DNA from: Girardia tigrina
Lineage: Eukaryota
Assembly: GCA_001938485.1 (NCBI GenBank)
Contig: MQRK01170283.1
Coordinates: 1 to 57,640, forward strand
Direction: 5' to 3'
Length of the DNA stretch: 57,640 bases
In this document: positions 52,597-57,640 of the stretch, one piece after another
Position numbering within the stretch: the stretch's first letter is position 1
Layout: each line of letters starts with the position of its first letter
The notes under the pieces: model-generated
The model's input: only the letters and a program-made list of their open reading frames with translations
Told to the model about the DNA's origin: nothing
Databases searched by the model: none
Program-made: the position numbers and the translations under genes

Positions 52597-54520
52597 ATTT
52601 AATTTAATTTAATTTAATTTAATTTAAACACACGTCTTAGGTGAGATTTAAACTAAATGCAAGTACGTTTCCGATAAAGTCTGAAAAGGCTCCATAACTC
52701 AGCGATTTGAAAGTCTACCTTTGTCGCGCTGACGGCAAAGAGTTGAGCTCTGCAAGGAGAGTCAACTATGTGCTGGTGCCTGCTTGATGTTAGGCAGTGC
52801 AATCTCTCAGGATTTCTTCGTTGGAGATGTACAAGAGGTGTTGGTTATAGTGTTTTGCACATAATTCGATGTTTCGCCTAGCTGTTCTGGTGGCGTATGC
52901 TGCGATATCGTCGTCATTCCATCCAATGTCGGCGAGGAGGAAATTGTTGGTAGAGTGCCATCGGCCAAGGCTACCCACAACGAAAGGGTAGATTGAGACT
53001 TCGGATTTTCTATGGGATTCGATGAGATCTAGTTTGGCGTCAAGATATTTTTCACAGACTCTGTCAAATGCGTGATTGAAGGTGTCCTCTGCGTCCCAGG
53101 GGCTTTTGACCTCGATGATCCAGGCTGTGCGACCGAAGTCGACGAGAAGGTCGAAGATGAATAGTTTTCCGTTTGGCATTGTGTGCCTGTGTTCGACTCT
53201 TACAGTATTGTGGCCGAACTTTTTACCGAGGAATTTGGCTAGGTCGTATTTGATTTTGTCGTGTTTCATGGTACCGAATGGGAGGGAGTAGTGGCATCCG
53301 TTGATGATGTGCATGGGTGTCTCCAAGTATTTTCCACATTTACGGCACAAGTTGCAGATTTGGTTGGTGTATAGGTGGTTTAGGAAGTTGCAGGAGAGGA
53401 GACCAAGTCTGGCTCGGTGGATGAAGAACCATCCTTCGAAGTTGATCCACCCTCGCATGATGGATTTGTTCAGGGTCTCGTTGATTGTGCAAACGTCGAA
53501 GGTGTCAGTCAATCTTTTGTCCTGTAGGAGGTGTTTGTGGGCTTTGTTTATATAGTTGAATAATATGGACGAAATGGCGGCTTCGTTGGAGTTGTTGGTG
53601 AAGGCCGTTTGGTTTTCGAATTCAATAGAGATGTTGGTTCTACTGGTGTCGGCTTTCCAATCGAGTTTGATGTCAACTTCCAGTTCCCTTGCCAATAGTC
53701 TTCTGGCCATGGTGAATTTGGACCATTGACAATGGGAGTCTCTTTGAGGTTTGGCGTTGATGTTGTTTAGCTTTAAGAAGATGCTGGGAATATCGGAAGG
53801 TAGTTGGTGGTATTCGTAGAAAGAGGTTAGATTTTTGAAGGCGGCTTCTTTTAATCTCGGATCTTTTGAGTTTGCGAGGCGGAAGATGTAGATGATCAAT
53901 TGTACGGCGTATTCATCGACCATTCTTCTGAGGCCAGCACCACTTTCGGAGGTTGTGGTGTAAAAGAAGTGGTCATAGGTGGTTTCTGGTAATCGCATGA
54001 AATTGCGAACCTCGGCTTCTGAACTTACTTCTTCTGAGGCCAGCACCACTTTCGGAGGTTGTGGTGTAAAAGAAGTGGTCATAGGTGGTTTCTGGTAATC
54101 GCATGAAATTGCGAACCTCGGCACGGATTTTGATGTCGAGTGGGGGGCCCGAGGTTTGTTATTAGAAAAGTTGTTGATTGCGATTTTGTTCGATCTCAAG
54201 TTGGAAAGGATCTTCGAGTGGAGAAAGAGTTTGTAGGCGGTGAATTTTTGATTGGGATAAAGGTCTGACTTCTCGATTTTTCGGAGGCAATCGAAGAGGT
54301 CGTCGAACTTGGAGTGGGGATTGAGATATTGATTATGGTCCACTGGAGCTCCAAGGAATTTGAAGGGTTTTTCGTTTGTTACAAAGGGTATGGGGGTTTG
54401 GTTTATGTGGAGTGGTGTGGTACGGTTGATGTGAATGGCGGGGACTGCGAGGATACCGCATTTGGTAGGTTGGAAATGGAGGTCCAGTTTTTCTGCTAAT
54501 GCCGTAGTAGCGTTGATCAT
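52597..54520 (-). mobile_element. 5'-truncated RLE-type non-LTR retrotransposon (NeSL/R2-like): end of RT, CCHC knuckle, restriction-like endonuclease, 3' UTR and (TTAAA)n tail
   Basis: 576-aa frame: LHFQPTKC and FKFLG (RT6/7), FIHRARLGLL, CRKCGKYLETPMHIINGC, KHDKI, FDLL...IIEVKSPWD...KY. About 160-bp 3' UTR, then a pentamer repeat at 52597-52627. Confidence 0.9.
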
Positions 54521-54679
54521 GCGTTATATATTAATAATAGTATCCATCCAACAAGATTAGTAAATAAAATATTACCATTAAAAACTTCTCGGGTATGACA
54601 TACCCGATCTCACTCACGTCGGGTTAATTTAACCTTTTCTTAGTCACAAACAGACTTCGTGATAATCTGAAATAATCTT

Positions 54680-55390
54680 GCTCTATCTCGGTAATTACAC
54701 TGGAAATCAGTAAATGTACAATCAGCAATACATTACTTCTGCATTGTTATATTTGCCAATCATATATTGTTTCATCAAGCGATGTCCAACCATTTCATCA
54801 TACTCAGATTTAAACTTTCATGATACACATGTTGATAATAATAAAAGTTTTATGATACTGAAATTTCTTGTGAAAAGAATCTCATAAATTGTCTAAAACT
54901 AGCCGTTGTTTGGTTAGTAGATGGGACATTTTAAGGTATTTACTGAATAAGAATTTAGGAAATGGATTTATCTTTTGTCAAACTGATGTGAAGATATTAG
55001 TTACTACGCATCATTTCACCATTGAAAAAGTGGCGTTTGAATCTGGAGCACAGTTTTCTGATACCCGTGTATTTCAATTTGGCGTGGGTTGTACCAACAA
55101 GAATGGTGAGCTATATTGACAGCTTTTAACGGTAATTGTACGCTCATCTTTGATCATCTTCTCAAATTTTTCATCAACTATAGCAAAAATATCTTGTTGC
55201 CTATCTAATTTTTCTTGATCAAAAACGGATGTGCTACTGCCTTTAAACTGTTTGACCCCAAATTTAACAGTTTTCAGAGACTGGAGTCATGTAGGTAAGT
55301 TGACTGCATATGATCATAGATTTCACTGCTCATCTTCTTCTTCAACACCAGTAACTTGATAACTCTGTGATATTCGACGACTAAAATCGT
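54680..55390 (-). mobile_element. Decayed mariner transposase
   Basis: Minus-strand VEYHRVIKLLVLKKK..EIYDH parallels the N-terminus of the 30758 mariner. Further broken fragments follow. Confidence 0.55.
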
Positions 55391-56489
55391 CGCACTAACG
55401 AAAATTAAAATGTTGCAATAAAAAATTTTAATGCGTTTGATAAAATAAAAAAATTACTGAAATTAAAACCTATATGAATTTATTTATTCCGAGAAAAAAA
55501 CTAAAATTTGCATTTATATTTTTTTACCTATTTATATATATTTATTGACATTTCCTACGACGACGATCTCAATAAGGAGGGGTCTTCTGTGTAATTTTCA
55601 CCTGGACTAAATAATTATTCGTAAACAAATGATTTTAACATATTTTAAATTAAATATTTATTGTTTTAATAATTTTATTATTGTTAAATAACAATTTTCG
55701 AATGGGTTTTGATCTTCTTGAAGAAGTGAACTGATGCTTCTCCGTTTCATTGATTTATTTTTAAAAATTGTTTATTATAAATAAAAATTTGTCAATTTCA
55801 TTTTAAAATAATCTATTTTTTTAATTTTTTTTCTTTTAATGATTTTAAACAAAAAATATCAAAAGAAATAAATTGAATAAAAATGTGTTTTGGTTGATCC
55901 CAAACATATTTATTTTCTTTTGTTTATATCTATTCTTTGATATCTTTATTTTGAAAATTTTCTTTTCTCTTGATTAGTTTTTCTGCTATGGTTGTCTGAT
56001 CAATGTCGAGTTTGTTTTGATTAATTGTTGTATTTTCCCTAAAATTCCAATTTCAATGAATTAGTTTAGAGTAAAACTGTCTTTTAAAATCAAATCAATC
56101 TTTATATGACATAATTAAAATTTTGATGGGTGACCTGAATGTTAAAGTTGAAGTGATATTGTTTTTTCAGCATCAGTTGTAATTTAATCAAATTACAAAC
56201 AGAAAAAAAAACAAAAAGATTAATTGCATTTATTGAAAAGTAAAGAAAAAAATAAATAATAAAAATATATATTATTTTCGTTTTTTTCGTTTTTAACAGT
56301 TTTTAATTTCGTTTTATTAAAAATAAATACAAATTAAATTTAAAAAATATTAATAAATAGTGACATCTTTTGATTAAGAACACCAATATGAGTTTAAATA
56401 TTTTATTAATTAATAAATAAATAATTAATTAATTAATTAATTAAATAATTAATAATAAATTAATATTAATCATTAATAATAATTAATTA

Positions 56490-57120
56490 GAAAGTGTTAA
56501 TAAACTAAGTTCTTTGTTAAATCAGAATGGTTATTCTAAATCTTTTCTGAAAAAAATTAATAAAGAAAACAATGGATAAAATACTTTTGACAGATTTTTC
56601 GAAAAATCAGAGTTTATTTTCTCTTGATGGTTCTAAGAAAGAAATCGAAGTATCATTAGATATTAATAATAAGCCTAGATATTGCTTAATTGTACCTTAT
56701 TCTGAAGGATTTAAAAACTTTAAAAATACATTGTTAAAAGCAACTAACAATGAATTAAATTTAAACATTATATCGCGATCTCATAAAATAAAAAATATAT
56801 TCAGTAATACAAATTACATCTTTAACACTTTGTTCTGATATCGTTTATGAATATAAATGTAATGGGTGCGATGCCACATACATTGGAGAGACTGCCCGTC
56901 ATCTCTGTAAAGGAATTCAAGAACATGATCGAAAAGAGTGTAAGAGTAATATTGCAGAACATAGGACAAAATGTAAATGTGATATTAATATTTATAATTT
57001 CAAAATTCTGTTCAAGCATTTTGGTAGTTCTTGTGTGAAGCATTGTTAATTAGGTCACGTTGCCCTAAAATCAATATTTAATTGGGAGTCTCAACCAGCT
57101 TTTTGAGAATTTTTGATTAG
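56490..57120 (+). mobile_element. Penelope-like element 3' fragment (linker plus GIY-YIG), related to 520-1775
   Basis: ESVNKLSSLLNQNGYSKSF and LCSDIVYEYKCNGCDATYIGETARHL..IQEH align with the first copy. Frameshifted. Confidence 0.88.
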
Positions 57121-57193
57121 CATGATTTCATGCGATGAATTATATAATCATCATTTTTGTATTTTTAAACAGGTGAATTGATTATTATTCAGT

Positions 57194-57232
57194 GACCTGA
57201 AGATGACGGTTGATCCGTCGAAATATATTGTC
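57194..57232 (+). ncRNA. Minimal type-I hammerhead ribozyme in the Penelope 3' pseudo-LTR
   Basis: Stem I GAC/GTC, CTGAAGA (57197-57203), extra T, stem II GACGG/CCGTC, GAAA (57220-57223), palindromic stem III ATATAT, predicted cleavage after 57229. Confidence 0.78.
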
Positions 57233-57597
57233 TGTAATTATGTTTTTTTAACGAATGAGTGTTGTTTTTTAATAGCAAATTATCATCCGGATTTCATTTC
57301 ATCAATAAATATTAATTATTTAAAAAATAAATGTAAAATTTTAAATAAGTTAATTAATTTTATTTACAATTTTTAATAAATAAATCGAATTAATATTTTT
57401 TTAATAATTAAAAATTCATTTTATTTATCGTGAGGACAATCAAACGTGTTGTAATAATAAAAATATTAAAATTCATGTTAGTGTTCTTAATATATATTAA
57501 ATTGAACACCGGTAGAAAATTAAAGTTGACAGAATAATAAAATAAAAATGAGTTAAGAGAAGAAACATTACTTTAAAACAAAGTGAAACAATGGTTG

Positions 57598-57640
<43 letters not shown>

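Noticed and set aside
54017-54028. GTAAGT donor at the start of the duplication spacer (minus strand), suggesting a newborn intron
   Set aside because: The nearby AG acceptors would not restore the original sequence or frame.

Overview
Very AT-rich, gapped eukaryotic scaffold with many (TA)n tracts next to N-gaps. The composition and TE content would fit a triclad flatworm, but this is inference only. The only host gene I can support is an ELAV/Hu-like RNA-binding protein on the + strand. It has two phase-compatible exons (21332-21809, end of RRM2 plus hinge; 49100-49438, RRM3) about 27.3 kb apart; its first and last exons were not found. The rest is mostly decayed mobile DNA: two Penelope-like elements, several mariners (one with a nested young TIR element), internally deleted Ty3/Gypsy elements with tRNA-Leu primer sites, three non-autonomous Helitron-like copies, pogo- and MULE-like elements, and a NeSL/R2-type RLE retrotransposon. 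The signals most worth following up are: (1) three minimal type-I hammerhead ribozymes, all sense to the ELAV-like gene, one apparently intact inside its long intron; (2) an unassigned family seen about 8-9 times, with a conserved non-coding motif about 250-350 bp upstream of a degenerate intron-containing MSN...HVGVLN reading frame; (3) a chuvirus-type glycoprotein fragment; (4) a paired-box-like remnant followed by a strong hairpin; (5) an RLE ORF whose frame is rescued by an internal duplication; (6) a minisatellite built of RFX X-box palindromes. All calls come from reading the sequence by eye; no searches were run.
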